From: a virus
Lineage: Duplodnaviria; Caudoviricetes
DNA length: 64,000 nucleotides
IMG/VR virus record: IMGVR_UViG_3300013121_000017
Coordinates: 32,001 to 96,000 of that record
Strand: one strand, 5' to 3'
Both the position numbers and the translations under genes were made by a program. The notes under the pieces were generated by a model, which was given only the letters and a program-made list of their open reading frames with translations, was not told where the DNA came from and did no database searches. Below, one piece after another: positions 39,203 through 48,840 of this stretch (positions are counted from its first letter, which is position 1; the number at the start of each line of letters is the position of its first letter).

Positions 39203-40275
39203 CTCAACTCCTCAAGGAAACGGCGAACGCGGGCAGCTTCGTAATCCCAGTCGAACAAACCTTTGGCCGTCTTCCAACAGGCGTAGGAAATCTCGTTGGC
39301 GCGGTGAATGTTGTCGGTGATGTAGCGAATGGTAGAGGCCAGAGACTCGACAGTATACTCGGCTTCCAGGCAAGTTCTGAACGGCATCAGGTACTGCCGG
39401 GCGGTGCGATACTGGAAGAAACGACGCGGGATGATCGGAATGCGACCGAGGGCCACACTCTGCAATACGGAGTGGCCATAGCCCTCATACGTCTTGAAGT
39501 AGTAGCCGCATCCGGCGTTGAGGTAAGCGGCGGGCATGTCCTTCTCGGAAAGCATGCCGTAGGTGTTGTTGATCCCGTAGTCCTTGAACTGGCACTCGGG
39601 CATTACCTCCTTCAGCCTGTTCCACATGCCGTAGACGCTGATCTCCCCCGTAGGCTGAGTCGGTCCCTGACAATGCGGACAGGCGTTGCCCCAACACCAT
39701 GCGTCCTTGTCCCAATGCCAGCTATTGAATGACGGCAAACAATTCGTGAACGTTGCAACCGTCTTCAGATTCTCTGGCTCGATAGGGGTGAACTCCTTCG
39801 GCTGGTACTGGTATCCCAATTCCTGGGAATAGAGAATCTTGTGAGTCGGACAAAGGTGATAGGAGCTAAGGTCCGAAGACATGAAGTTCTTGACGAAACT
39901 CCAGTCGTGTTCGCTCTTCTCGTTTCCGGCCTGTCCGATGACCTTGATGTTCTTGTTGCGATGATCTGCCAGAAGCTTTCTGAACAGAGGGACGCTCTCG
40001 CATCTGGAAACAAGAACGGCATCCCAATCCTCGGCGAGGAATTGATCACGGTTGATGTGGTAGGGGAAGTTAGAGAAATACTTCTCTGGAACTCCCTGTA
40101 GGTTCTGATAATGGTCACTGGTCACCGGCAGCCAAACGCCGGGACTGCTGTGTTGGTACGCCCAGGTCACAAAATCTGGATCAGGGAAGTAGATGTCATG
40201 ACCCAGCCGTTCGTGGAACAGGAGGAAGAGGCTACGCCCCAGACCGCCGTGATGATGGTCACTGAAGATTCGCAA
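39199..40275 (-). CDS. putative GT-B glycosyltransferase
   Basis: MRIFSD start; EGYGHSVLQSVALGRIPII motif; sugar-gene context. Confidence 0.55.
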   Translation of the reverse strand: MRIFSDHHHGGLGRSLFLLFHERLGHDIYFPDPDFVTWAYQHSSPGVWLPVTSDHYQNLQGVPEKYFSNFPYHINRDQFLAEDWDAVLVSRCESVPLFRKLLADHRNKNIKVIGQAGNEKSEHDWSFVKNFMSSDLSSYHLCPTHKILYSQELGYQYQPKEFTPIEPENLKTVATFTNCLPSFNSWHWDKDAWCWGNACPHCQGPTQPTGEISVYGMWNRLKEVMPECQFKDYGINNTYGMLSEKDMPAAYLNAGCGYYFKTYEGYGHSVLQSVALGRIPIIPRRFFQYRTARQYLMPFRTCLEAEYTVESLASTIRYITDNIHRANEISYACWKTAKGLFDWDYEAARVRRFLEELR

Positions 40276-40278
40276 GTG

Positions 40279-41199
40279 TCACCTCAGAATACGATTGATG
40301 AATTCGACCCACTGGGGTCCGACTGTCTTCACGTCGAACCGTTCCCTGTTCTTGAGAGACGCCTTGTGCCAGAAGTCTCTCGATCCCTTGTCCGCCAGAA
40401 GACGCTGTGTCATGTTGATCATGGTCTTCACATCGTTGCTCAAGAGCAACTCCATGTTTTCTTCAGCAATGCCATGACCATTGTCGTAAACAACGGTGGG
40501 TATGCCAGCACACCACGCCTCGATCTGGGACATGATGAGAGCCGCTGGGACCGTGCCGAAGGAAACGAATGCGGCATGATCACGGAAGCGTTCGCGCATA
40601 TCGGGTTCTGGGATCTCGCCCATGCCGCCGACCTCATCTGTCTCCTTGCCTGACAGCATGAGGGGAACGGAACGCTTGAGTTCCTTCATCAGTTCCCAGC
40701 CACAACCGTGGCCGCGTTTGTGGATGCTATTGCAGGTCGCGTAAGCAACCGGGTAAATGCCCTGCCACGGCTCGAAGTCCTCGAAATACTTCCCGAAGTA
40801 GATCTGCTTGTTTTTGTGATCGGGGCAGCCATGTTCTCGGTGTCGGCGGTAGTCTTTGACTGAGTAGGGGGCTACATAGGCGTGAGGGTAATCCTGGCAG
40901 AGTTTGCCGATTGCCTCATACTGCCAAGTGTCCGTCTGGCCGAAACTGGTCAAGACGACCCGCTTGCCCTGATCGAGCAAGCCACGCATGACATCGACGT
41001 ATTTCGGGACTTGGTGGAGGACGATGAAATCGAAGTCATTGATGTTGGAATTGTGATCGGTAACGCCTTCGATCTTGGGACGTTGTTTTGACCCCAAATC
41101 CCAGTCGCCAAAGACCTCGTAACCCAGGTCTTTGAACATCCTGGCGTGGTCATATTCCAGGGACGCATGACAAGATTGAATGAAAAGCCGGTCGCCCAT
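40279..41199 (-). CDS. putative GT-B (GT4-like) glycosyltransferase
   Basis: IEAWCAGIPTV...RERFD...QW motif; GGAGG SD. Confidence 0.65.
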   Translation of the reverse strand: MGDRLFIQSCHASLEYDHARMFKDLGYEVFGDWDLGSKQRPKIEGVTDHNSNINDFDFIVLHQVPKYVDVMRGLLDQGKRVVLTSFGQTDTWQYEAIGKLCQDYPHAYVAPYSVKDYRRHREHGCPDHKNKQIYFGKYFEDFEPWQGIYPVAYATCNSIHKRGHGCGWELMKELKRSVPLMLSGKETDEVGGMGEIPEPDMRERFRDHAAFVSFGTVPAALIMSQIEAWCAGIPTVVYDNGHGIAEENMELLLSNDVKTMINMTQRLLADKGSRDFWHKASLKNRERFDVKTVGPQWVEFINRILR

Positions 41200-41251
41200 T
41201 TCGTTCCTCCTACAGTAAGTATAGTGATCCAACAGGAGAAACACGAACCCC

Positions 41252-42433
41252 ATGAGCAAACCAGACTTGTCACAAGAATTCTGCGAACTCCCACACTTTG
41301 AACGCGAAGATGTACTATCCGCCCAGGCGGTTGGTCAACAATTCGGCTGGCAGATCGCCAACTACGATCTTCCAGAGGCGTGGAAGGACACATGCGGCGA
41401 AGGCGTCACTGTCGCGGTGCTAGACACCGGCTGCGATATGACACACCCCGACCTCGCACCCAATCTACTCCCAGGCATGAACATCATCAATCCTGGCATG
41501 CCGCCGCAGGACGACAACGGTCATGGTTCGCACGTCGCAGGCATCATCGCCGCCTGCAACAACGACATCGGTGTTGTTGGTGTAGCCAACTGCTGCAAAA
41601 TCCTGCCCGTAAAGGTTCTGAATCGCGTCGGAGCCGGTCGGATGGACCACGTCGTCAGGGGCATCAACTGGGCCGTTGACAACGGGGCCGATCTCATCTG
41701 TATGTCGCTCGGAACACGAAACCCTCTTGAAGAGGTCTACAACACGATTCAAAAAGCCGCCGACAAAGGCGTCATCTGCTTCGTTGCTGCCGGTAACGCG
41801 GGACAAACGACTCAGTTGCTATACCCCGCAGCCTACGACATCACAATCAGCATTGGCGCGATTGACGAGAACTCCATGCGGGCCTCTTTCAGTTGCACGG
41901 GACCAAACCTCGATTTCGTAGCTCCAGGCGTCAACATTTACAGCACCGTGCCGCCGTCAAGCTACGCGATCATGAACGGTACGTCTCAGGCTGCTCCGTT
42001 CGCCGCAGGCGTTGCGACATTGATCCTTGCCTACCGTCGCAAGAACATTCCTGATCTGAAGATGACCAAGGCTGATTACGTTGCAGCCATGAAGTACAAC
42101 GCACTCAGCGTCCAGAATCTGGACACCAAGTACGCAGAGCTTGGAAATCGGTTTTTCCAGGGATTCGGCATCATCAATCCGCAAGCCATGATCGAATGGC
42201 TAGAAACCAAAAAGGTCGAAGGTGTGGCACAAACACTAGGCAATGTCATCAGCGAAGTCGGGATGATCCGGTCCAACGCTGACGTTACAGTGTTGCGAAA
42301 ACTGGTCCAAAGCCTTGGCGAAAAGCTGAACAAGTTCCCGATCAAGCAGCCTGTGGCAAATCAGCCGGCGGCTCCTCCGCAGGCGGTTCAGCCTGCGGCT
42401 CTTCCGGCTGAACTGCCTCCCGCAACTGTTTGA
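41252..42433 (+). CDS. subtilisin-like S8 serine protease
   Basis: VAVLDTG, NGHGSHVAGII, AAGN, YPAA, APG, GTSQAAP. Confidence 0.92.
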   Translation: MSKPDLSQEFCELPHFEREDVLSAQAVGQQFGWQIANYDLPEAWKDTCGEGVTVAVLDTGCDMTHPDLAPNLLPGMNIINPGMPPQDDNGHGSHVAGIIAACNNDIGVVGVANCCKILPVKVLNRVGAGRMDHVVRGINWAVDNGADLICMSLGTRNPLEEVYNTIQKAADKGVICFVAAGNAGQTTQLLYPAAYDITISIGAIDENSMRASFSCTGPNLDFVAPGVNIYSTVPPSSYAIMNGTSQAAPFAAGVATLILAYRRKNIPDLKMTKADYVAAMKYNALSVQNLDTKYAELGNRFFQGFGIINPQAMIEWLETKKVEGVAQTLGNVISEVGMIRSNADVTVLRKLVQSLGEKLNKFPIKQPVANQPAAPPQAVQPAALPAELPPATV

Positions 42434-43046
42434 TCACGTCGCGGATTGTGGCGGCACGTTCATAGTCCTCGATCTTGACGCAAGCTTGCATCTTCTCTTC
42501 GAGTGTTCTGAGCCGCTCAATGAGCGGCACAGCCTTGTGCCGTTTGACAGTAGCAACGGTGCGGTCTACGGTTGACTCTTTAGGCTCGCCAGCTTCCTGG
42601 CGGGCCTTCCATGCTTTCGGAACCTTGCCGACGTGTCGAATGGCTCCATGATGACGCATCAGCATCGATTCGATGTCTTCTTTGAAGGCATTGTAGCAGT
42701 TGGGACAGCCGAAGCGACCAGCGGCTTCAATGTCCACAGGATTGGCTCCACAGAACGGACACTTCGGAAGCATCTGTGGAGCGACTTGCAATGGCGGCTG
42801 TTGGCCAGGAGCCTGAGAAGGATGGCCCTGATGCAACTTGTGAATAAGCTGTTGTAGCCCTTGTACAGGGTTGGGCAGCGTAGGCAAAACACCGCCCTGA
42901 ACCGGGAGAGCCGTCATTCCCGGCTGGTTCATCACGCAGTTCTGACAACACTGGATGACACGGATACCCGCCGGGGTTATCTCGGTGACATTGAACTGCT
43001 TCGGGACGGCGCACGGCTGTCCGGTTCGAGGGCAGATGTTGCTCAT
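42342..43046 (-). CDS. mcsA: McsA-like protein (CxxC zinc fingers plus UVR domain)
   Basis: CQNC, CPFCG, GRFGCPNCYNAF, HVGKVP, EDYERAATIRDVIK. Confidence 0.75.
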   Translation of the reverse strand: MSNICPRTGQPCAVPKQFNVTEITPAGIRVIQCCQNCVMNQPGMTALPVQGGVLPTLPNPVQGLQQLIHKLHQGHPSQAPGQQPPLQVAPQMLPKCPFCGANPVDIEAAGRFGCPNCYNAFKEDIESMLMRHHGAIRHVGKVPKAWKARQEAGEPKESTVDRTVATVKRHKAVPLIERLRTLEEKMQACVKIEDYERAATIRDVIKQLREAVQPEEPQAEPPAEEPPADLPQAA

Positions 43047-43048
43047 CG

Positions 43049-43669
43049 TTACTTCTTCCGTTCGATCAGCTTATTCTCGTCGTGGTAATCCCTGATCGAC
43101 TTGAGTAGTTGTTCACCCTCTTCTTTGGTGATCTTGTCGGGGAATTGCTTCACAAACTTGCCGGCAAAGTCTTCCAGCACCACGGCGGTTTCTTTCCGCA
43201 GCTTGGTCAGGTCGCCGATGTACTTCTTCAACTCATCGACGGTCGGAACGTCCTTCTGAGTCGGCGGCGTCTTTGTGTACTGCTTCACTTCTTCCTGCCA
43301 GAAGCCGTCAAGACGCTTCATCTCGAAGGAGCAACGACGAAGGTTGTTGAGGAAGAAACCCTGCTTGTCGAAGTCATCCAGATCCTTGATCTTGAACTCC
43401 TTCTTGTCACTGACCCGCGTCAGTGTAACGTTCTTCCAGAAGTCTTCGTTGTTGAACTTCTCTTTCCACTCACCGTAGTGCTTCAGGGCGCGTTCATACT
43501 CCTTCTTCGTCGGGAGTTCTTCCTTCTCCTCGGCGGGGACGACGAGCTTCGGCGGTGTCTTGGGCGGGTCTTTCTTGTCCTGGGCAAAGCTGTTGCCGCC
43601 GATGCAGAGCAGGTAGCCTGTGGCGATGAGTGCCAGCATCAGGGCGAATGTTTTTGTCGGTCGATTCAT
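43049..43669 (-). CDS. exported helical protein with signal peptide
   Basis: N-terminal hydrophobic stretch ending SFA-QD; GGAGG SD. Confidence 0.65.
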   Translation of the reverse strand: MNRPTKTFALMLALIATGYLLCIGGNSFAQDKKDPPKTPPKLVVPAEEKEELPTKKEYERALKHYGEWKEKFNNEDFWKNVTLTRVSDKKEFKIKDLDDFDKQGFFLNNLRRCSFEMKRLDGFWQEEVKQYTKTPPTQKDVPTVDELKKYIGDLTKLRKETAVVLEDFAGKFVKQFPDKITKEEGEQLLKSIRDYHDENKLIERKK

Positions 43670-43720
43670 GTTTCCTCCGTTTGCTAGGGTTGAACCATCA
43701 CCTGAAATTATAGTGTCCGA

Positions 43721-44548
43721 TCACGGGAACGCTGTCCCGCCGACGACTATCGTGAATCCATCCCCTGCAAGCGGTTGCGTTCCTGGGGGCGTTACTCGCT
43801 TGATCCACACTGGAAACCCGTCTGTGGACCTCAAGTGGCCAATGACAACAGGCTCTTCTAACGTCGCTGGGCTGAAGACAACCCCATTCGGCGTTGTCGT
43901 TGCGTGGTCAATCACTGTGGCAATGCTGTTAATCGGACTGCCGCCAATGGACCGAGACGCAGAAACAATCGCGGACGGCGTCAAGGCGTTTGCCACTACG
44001 TCCAGTATAGGGTGAAAACGCTTCCCAGATGTCCCGGTGTAAAGAATGGTGAAGACGGTGACCGTTTGAAGATCAACAGAGATGGATGTCTGTGCTGAAA
44101 TCTGTACCTCTTCGAGAGTAGCCACGCTGCGGATGGCCGACTGGAAGTTCGCAACCCAGGTGCTAAGGTTTGAGGAGTAAGAGAAGGTGAAGTTGTTGCC
44201 TTCGTAGGACAAAGTCAATGTGCCGCCGGTGACGTTGCCGATGACGGTCAGATTTTGTATCTCGTTCGCGAAAATGAACCCGACTTCCGAGTCAGCACCG
44301 CTGGAGATCTCTCCTTGCGTGAAGATCTTGGAGTTCCAAAGCGTCTCAACCAAGCTGTTGTTGAAAATGTAGATGCACCTGTAATCTGTCAGGCCGTTCT
44401 GGGCATCGTCCTGGGAGACGTTGTTGAAGAGATTGTTCAAGCCAGACAAAACAGGGGACGAAGACGGATCGCCGCCAAGAGAGTTTTCGGGATCGGGATT
44501 GGTCGTGCCGCCAGAAAGAACGTAAACGATGTCATTGGTTTGAATCAC
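43721..44548 (-). CDS. putative virion (baseplate/tail) protein
   Basis: SLGG...LFNNVS...DYRCIYIFN...VWIKR motifs seen in phage tail-region proteins; TACATA plus GGAGG upstream. Confidence 0.5.
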   Translation of the reverse strand: MIQTNDIVYVLSGGTTNPDPENSLGGDPSSSPVLSGLNNLFNNVSQDDAQNGLTDYRCIYIFNNSLVETLWNSKIFTQGEISSGADSEVGFIFANEIQNLTVIGNVTGGTLTLSYEGNNFTFSYSSNLSTWVANFQSAIRSVATLEEVQISAQTSISVDLQTVTVFTILYTGTSGKRFHPILDVVANALTPSAIVSASRSIGGSPINSIATVIDHATTTPNGVVFSPATLEEPVVIGHLRSTDGFPVWIKRVTPPGTQPLAGDGFTIVVGGTAFP

Positions 44549-44625
44549 AGTTTCCTCCAGTCACCTATGTAGTCTTTGCCCAGGCTCGCTCAGGTATAAT
44601 AAGAGTTGCCAACCGGAGGTTCACA

Positions 44626-45540
44626 ATGTCAACAACGTTCGGATGTGACTGCGAGTTCATTCTGACCCTTAACGGGCAGTACAAAAGCGCCGTCTCTGTC
44701 CTCAAGGGGACCAGGGAAAGACGAGAGAAGCTGAACGGACACGAAATCTTCCACGACAACGTACTGGCAGAGGTTGCTATCCAGTACGGGGCAAGCCGTG
44801 AACAGGTAGTGAAGAACTTCAAATCGGCGTTGACATGGTTGTCTTCCAAGGTAGCTCCTTGCCGACTCAATCTCGCCGCGTCTGCGGACTACCCCCAGAA
44901 GGAACTGAACGACCCCGATGCCAAACAGGCAGGGTGCGACGAGGAAACAGACGCCTACACCCGGACTACCATTCCGTCCCAGGAGGACGCGATCAAGAAC
45001 ACACCCTTCAGAACCGCAGGCGGTCACATCCACCTTGGCGGCGCGGGAGTTCTTCAGAACAGCATCAAGGTCAAACTGGTTGTCTACGCCCTCGATCTGT
45101 TCGTCGGCATTCCGTCCTTGTTCCTCGACAACAACATTCTGGCAGCAGAGAGAAGACAGATGTACGGCAGGGCCGGCAGCTTCCGAGAGAAGCCTTACGG
45201 CCTGGAGTACCGCGTTCTCGGCCCATTCTGGTTGCGATCCCCAGATACAGTCAGACTGATCTACGACCTGAGCATGTTCGCATTGAACTTCGTGGAAACA
45301 GACAAGATCAGTCGCTTCTGGAGCGTCGATGAAGAAAAACTGTTCGCCGGCAGGAAAGACGCCTATCGCTGTTACGGCTATGACAAGGACGAATTGGTAC
45401 GCACGATCAACGAACAAGACATGAAGATGGCTGAGACGTTCATGGTGATTGTGAACCAATATCTGCCGGCAGAACTTGCCGAGGCGTTGGTGCGGCAAAT
45501 TGAACTGCAACCAGATCTCTATGAGTCCTGGGACATCTGA
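44626..45540 (+). CDS. phiEco32-like COOH-NH2 ligase type 2 (amidoligase)
   Basis: FGCDCEF, DNVLAE, GCD, RTAGGHIHLG, RRQMYGRAGSFREKPYGLEYR. Confidence 0.85.
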   Translation: MSTTFGCDCEFILTLNGQYKSAVSVLKGTRERREKLNGHEIFHDNVLAEVAIQYGASREQVVKNFKSALTWLSSKVAPCRLNLAASADYPQKELNDPDAKQAGCDEETDAYTRTTIPSQEDAIKNTPFRTAGGHIHLGGAGVLQNSIKVKLVVYALDLFVGIPSLFLDNNILAAERRQMYGRAGSFREKPYGLEYRVLGPFWLRSPDTVRLIYDLSMFALNFVETDKISRFWSVDEEKLFAGRKDAYRCYGYDKDELVRTINEQDMKMAETFMVIVNQYLPAELAEALVRQIELQPDLYESWDI

Positions 45541-46226
45541 TCCCTGATCTCACGACACAGCGGCCTGACATCCACTGTACGACATTTCTGACATTGCCAC
45601 TTCAAACTGAGCGTGGCAAAGGCGCGGACTTCCAGCACAAGACGCTTCTTGTGCAGGAAGTTCTTGCCTTTGCAGACCGTGCAAAAAGTCATGATGTGGT
45701 TAGACTTCTTTCCGTCCGGTCTGGCCCTTGGTTTGACGCGGCGAATGTGTTTGCGATGTTCATACAGGAAGTTGATCATCCTCTGAGGCATGGGCGGGGG
45801 CGGGAAGGATGAATCCTTCAGCCACTTGTACTCAACACCGCTTTTGTGGATGCTGGGAGGAATTACGGACTGGTGTCTGTGGCCGCGAAACTCGATTTCC
45901 CCGATCTTGCAGATCGTTATGGAAGGATCGGGAGAAATAAACAGGTGATGAACGGACTTGCTACTCTTGAACATCGGATGCGGAACATGTCGCACGAAGT
46001 CAAAGATGGCATCGTTGGCGATTTCGCTGTCGCCTTCGACATCCATGATGTCGCCGAGCAGAATGCCGATGTTGAGTCGCGGATTCTCCGCGAAGAAATG
46101 GCGGTATTTCTGAACGGACCAATCAGTCTGCCAGTCCTTGCGAACTGGGATCTTAGTACCTGGGTACAAGGGCAGCGGTTTCATGCCGCACTTGACATAA
46201 GAATCGAAGAGGTTCACAATCTCCAT
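45519..46226 (-). CDS. bifunctional primase/polymerase N-terminal-like domain with C-terminal zinc finger
   Basis: PLYPGTKIP, NIGIL, DVE, HHLF, VIPPSIHKSGVEYKW; CTVC...CQKC. Confidence 0.75.
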   Translation of the reverse strand: MEIVNLFDSYVKCGMKPLPLYPGTKIPVRKDWQTDWSVQKYRHFFAENPRLNIGILLGDIMDVEGDSEIANDAIFDFVRHVPHPMFKSSKSVHHLFISPDPSITICKIGEIEFRGHRHQSVIPPSIHKSGVEYKWLKDSSFPPPPMPQRMINFLYEHRKHIRRVKPRARPDGKKSNHIMTFCTVCKGKNFLHKKRLVLEVRAFATLSLKWQCQKCRTVDVRPLCREIRDQMSQDS

Positions 46227-46427
46227 CAGTCAACCCCACAAGCGGTGTAGATCTTCAGCCGGGGCGTCCGGCTTTCATCCTTCACGTTGCGTGACAAAGC
46301 TTCGTCAATCTGTTCCTGCCTAAGACGACGGACTTGTACTCCGTTATCTCTGGCCCAGATAATGACTCGAAGAATGTCCTTGAGACGGGTACGCTCCGTC
46401 CAAGGATTGACATAAAGGAGGCCGAAC

Positions 46428-47294
46428 TTGAGAGTGTTTCTAACTGGTGCTACAGGTTTCATTGGAAGCCATACTGCTAGGAAGCTTCTTGCCTCTGGTC
46501 ATACGGTGGTGGGTACAGGCGTTTCAACCGAGCAGCCCTCAGTCTGTTCTCGCCTACTGACCCCGAGTTTGGTAGGCATCAACTGGACGGCGGTCAAGGA
46601 TATTGACGCTGTCATTCATCTCGCCGCCAACAACGACACGTTGGTTAGCGACGAAGAAGAGGTCATGCTCGCCAACTTTCATTCGGCAACCATGCTTTTC
46701 AAACACTGCCTCGACATGGGCTGTCGCACATTCGTGTACGCCAGTTCTGCCTCTGTCTATGGCAACGCTCCCTCTCCGCAAACTGAAGATGGTCCTCTCG
46801 GCCCTCTCAACCTTTATGCACAATCCAAGCTACGCTTCGAGTCGTATGCCCGCAACTTTGCGGAACAGCACTCGGTTTCCGTCGTAGGACTTCGTTACTT
46901 TAACGTATATGGCCCTGGAGAGCAACACAAAGGTCGTCGGGCAAGCATGGTATTTCAGATCGCCGAGGCCGCAAAAGCCGGAAGAACAGTCAAGCTGTTC
47001 AAGCCGGGCGAACAAACAAGGGACTGGGTACACGTCGATGACGTGGCAGACATCAATGTCGCCGCGTTGGGGAAGGAAGGCCATCACATCTTGAACGTAG
47101 GTACTGGCACGCCTCGTTCGTTCAACGATATAGTCGCAGCAACTGGTCTTCCCGTCAAGGTCGAATACATCGATTGTCCATTCAAGGACGCTTTCCAGTC
47201 AAGCACATGTGCGTCAACGAAAAAGGCCGAGGACTTATTCGGTCCTCGGCCTTGGATTCAGTTGGAAGAAGGAATCAAATCCCTCTTACAGTAG
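46428..47294 (+). CDS. hldD: ADP-L-glycero-D-manno-heptose 6-epimerase-like SDR
   Basis: TGATGFIGS, YASSASVYG, PLNLYAQSK, GLRYFNVYGPGEQHKGRRASMV, RDWVHVDDV. Confidence 0.75.
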   Translation: MRVFLTGATGFIGSHTARKLLASGHTVVGTGVSTEQPSVCSRLLTPSLVGINWTAVKDIDAVIHLAANNDTLVSDEEEVMLANFHSATMLFKHCLDMGCRTFVYASSASVYGNAPSPQTEDGPLGPLNLYAQSKLRFESYARNFAEQHSVSVVGLRYFNVYGPGEQHKGRRASMVFQIAEAAKAGRTVKLFKPGEQTRDWVHVDDVADINVAALGKEGHHILNVGTGTPRSFNDIVAATGLPVKVEYIDCPFKDAFQSSTCASTKKAEDLFGPRPWIQLEEGIKSLLQ

Positions 47295-48260
47295 CTTGTT
47301 GTGCAGTTGGGCCAGCTTCTTGATCAGCTTCCGCTGAAGCTTTGGCCCGGCCTTGCCGCAAGCCTCTTCGATGACCTTCACGGCCTCGCCGAGAGACATG
47401 CTGCTGTCAAACCCGACATCCAGGCGACCGCTCGGGGCGAAACCCGGCTGGCCCGGCTGAGGTTCAACTGCACCGTCCGAACCACCGTTCGGGTTCGAGG
47501 CTGGCAGAAGGGCGTCTTCCTGATACTCGGACCAACCGTCCTTGTACTTGGTATCTGTCTTCGCGCCAAGCATGCTCTGAACGGACTTCATCCACTCGGA
47601 GTCGTTCTGCTGCCACCAGTTCTGATTTTCCTTGTGCATCTTCTTCTCGGACTTCTTGCCCGACTTCTTGGAAGACTTCTTGCCCGACTTCTTGGCCGAC
47701 TTCTTGGCCGACTTCTTGCCAGACTTCTTGCCCGAGAACATCGGAGCTTCGTCGGCTTCGTCGTGGTCGTCGGGTTCGTGACCCTCTTCGTCCTCGTCGC
47801 CATCCGGCTCTTCGTGGTCCTCTTCGTGATCTAGCTCCTCGTCGTCATGCTCGTCGTCATGCTCATCGTCATGATCGTCGTGGTCTTCGCCGTCATCTTC
47901 GGAGAAGTCGCCTCCCATGTCAGAGTCCATGTGCTTGGCTGACTTCTTCGAGGCAGTCTTGGCCGACTTCTTGGCCGACTTCTTGCCTGACTTTTTGCCG
48001 GACTTCTTGCCTGACTTTTCGCCGCAACCGCAGCCCTCGTCGGCAATGACACCGTCCTCGTCATCGAGGTCGTCCATATCATCATCATCGCCCTCGACAT
48101 CAACCTTGATGGACTTCTTCTTCTCGTTCATCACGTCGGTAAACGTGGCAAACTGAGAACTCAGTCCCAGGTTGGTCGGCTGGCCAAGGCCCAATGTGAA
48201 AGCTCCTGGGCCGACGTTCTCGTTGAGTGTCTTCCACTTCTTATACGAATTGATCGCCAT
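47286..48260 (-). CDS. disordered block-charge protein (KKS[GA] repeats alternating with D/E/H tracts) with leader
   Basis: MAINSYKKWKTLNE; two KKSG/KKSA repeat blocks; AAGGAG SD. Confidence 0.75.
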   Translation of the reverse strand: MAINSYKKWKTLNENVGPGAFTLGLGQPTNLGLSSQFATFTDVMNEKKKSIKVDVEGDDDDMDDLDDEDGVIADEGCGCGEKSGKKSGKKSGKKSAKKSAKTASKKSAKHMDSDMGGDFSEDDGEDHDDHDDEHDDEHDDEELDHEEDHEEPDGDEDEEGHEPDDHDEADEAPMFSGKKSGKKSAKKSAKKSGKKSSKKSGKKSEKKMHKENQNWWQQNDSEWMKSVQSMLGAKTDTKYKDGWSEYQEDALLPASNPNGGSDGAVEPQPGQPGFAPSGRLDVGFDSSMSLGEAVKVIEEACGKAGPKLQRKLIKKLAQLHNKLL

Positions 48261-48274
48261 TCTTCTCCTTAGAG

Positions 48275-48535
48275 TTATCGTCCCAGTTTGTTTCTGAGAG
48301 TGTCACGACGTTTCTTTTCTGCGGCCCGGCGTTCTGCCGCCATGCCGGATGTGCTGCCCACGGTTGGAACCATAGACAGCGGTGCAACAGTTGTTGGGGT
48401 TGGTGCTGCCGCCACGGACGTTGGTGGTGCAATGCCTAACCCATTACGACGGGCAGATAGCTGCGCCGGCGTAACTACTCTTGTTCTCGGAACTCCTCTC
48501 GGAGTTTTGCACGAACATCCCATTCCACATCCCAT
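48275..48535 (-). CDS. small protein with MGCG Cys-rich N-terminus
   Basis: MGCGMGCSCK; basic C-terminus. Confidence 0.6.
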   Translation of the reverse strand: MGCGMGCSCKTPRGVPRTRVVTPAQLSARRNGLGIAPPTSVAAAPTPTTVAPLSMVPTVGSTSGMAAERRAAEKKRRDTLRNKLGR

Positions 48536-48544
48536 GATTAAGCC

Positions 48545-48724
48545 TCAGAGTTTTCGTTCGACCCCAACGTTTCGGCGTTTTAGCACCAGTTTCCGTTCGG
48601 AGCCATCCTCAAACTTCTGATGGATCTCGATCTCGTCTTCCTTAGTGATGGTTTCTTCAGAAACCATCTTCTTCAGAACGGGAGTGTTTTGGTCTGTGTT
48701 GAGCTTATTACAGCCGCATCCCAA
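48545..48724 (-). CDS. 59-aa protein with MGCGC N-terminus (not in the ORF track)
   Basis: TTG start after GGAGGGG; MGCGCNKLNTDQNTPVLKK...; TATATA upstream. Confidence 0.6.
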   Translation of the reverse strand: MGCGCNKLNTDQNTPVLKKMVSEETITKEDEIEIHQKFEDGSERKLVLKRRNVGVERKL

Positions 48725-48840
48725 ATTCCCCTCCGAGCGGTCAAGGTATATACGCTGCTTCGCACGAAACAGACACCCCCGCAGTCATTATCTATCGCTA
48801 CAGATTCTCTTTTTGCCGCGTCTTGTACTCTGGCTATTAC

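Noticed and set aside
35859-41199. Bacterial O-antigen locus (host contamination)
   Set aside because: No flippase, polymerase or ligase; genes are convergent and flanked by phage leader-bearing genes
46226-46462. Small minus-strand ORF between the primase-like gene and the epimerase
   Set aside because: Two competing frames with no clear SD or motif; cannot support a call
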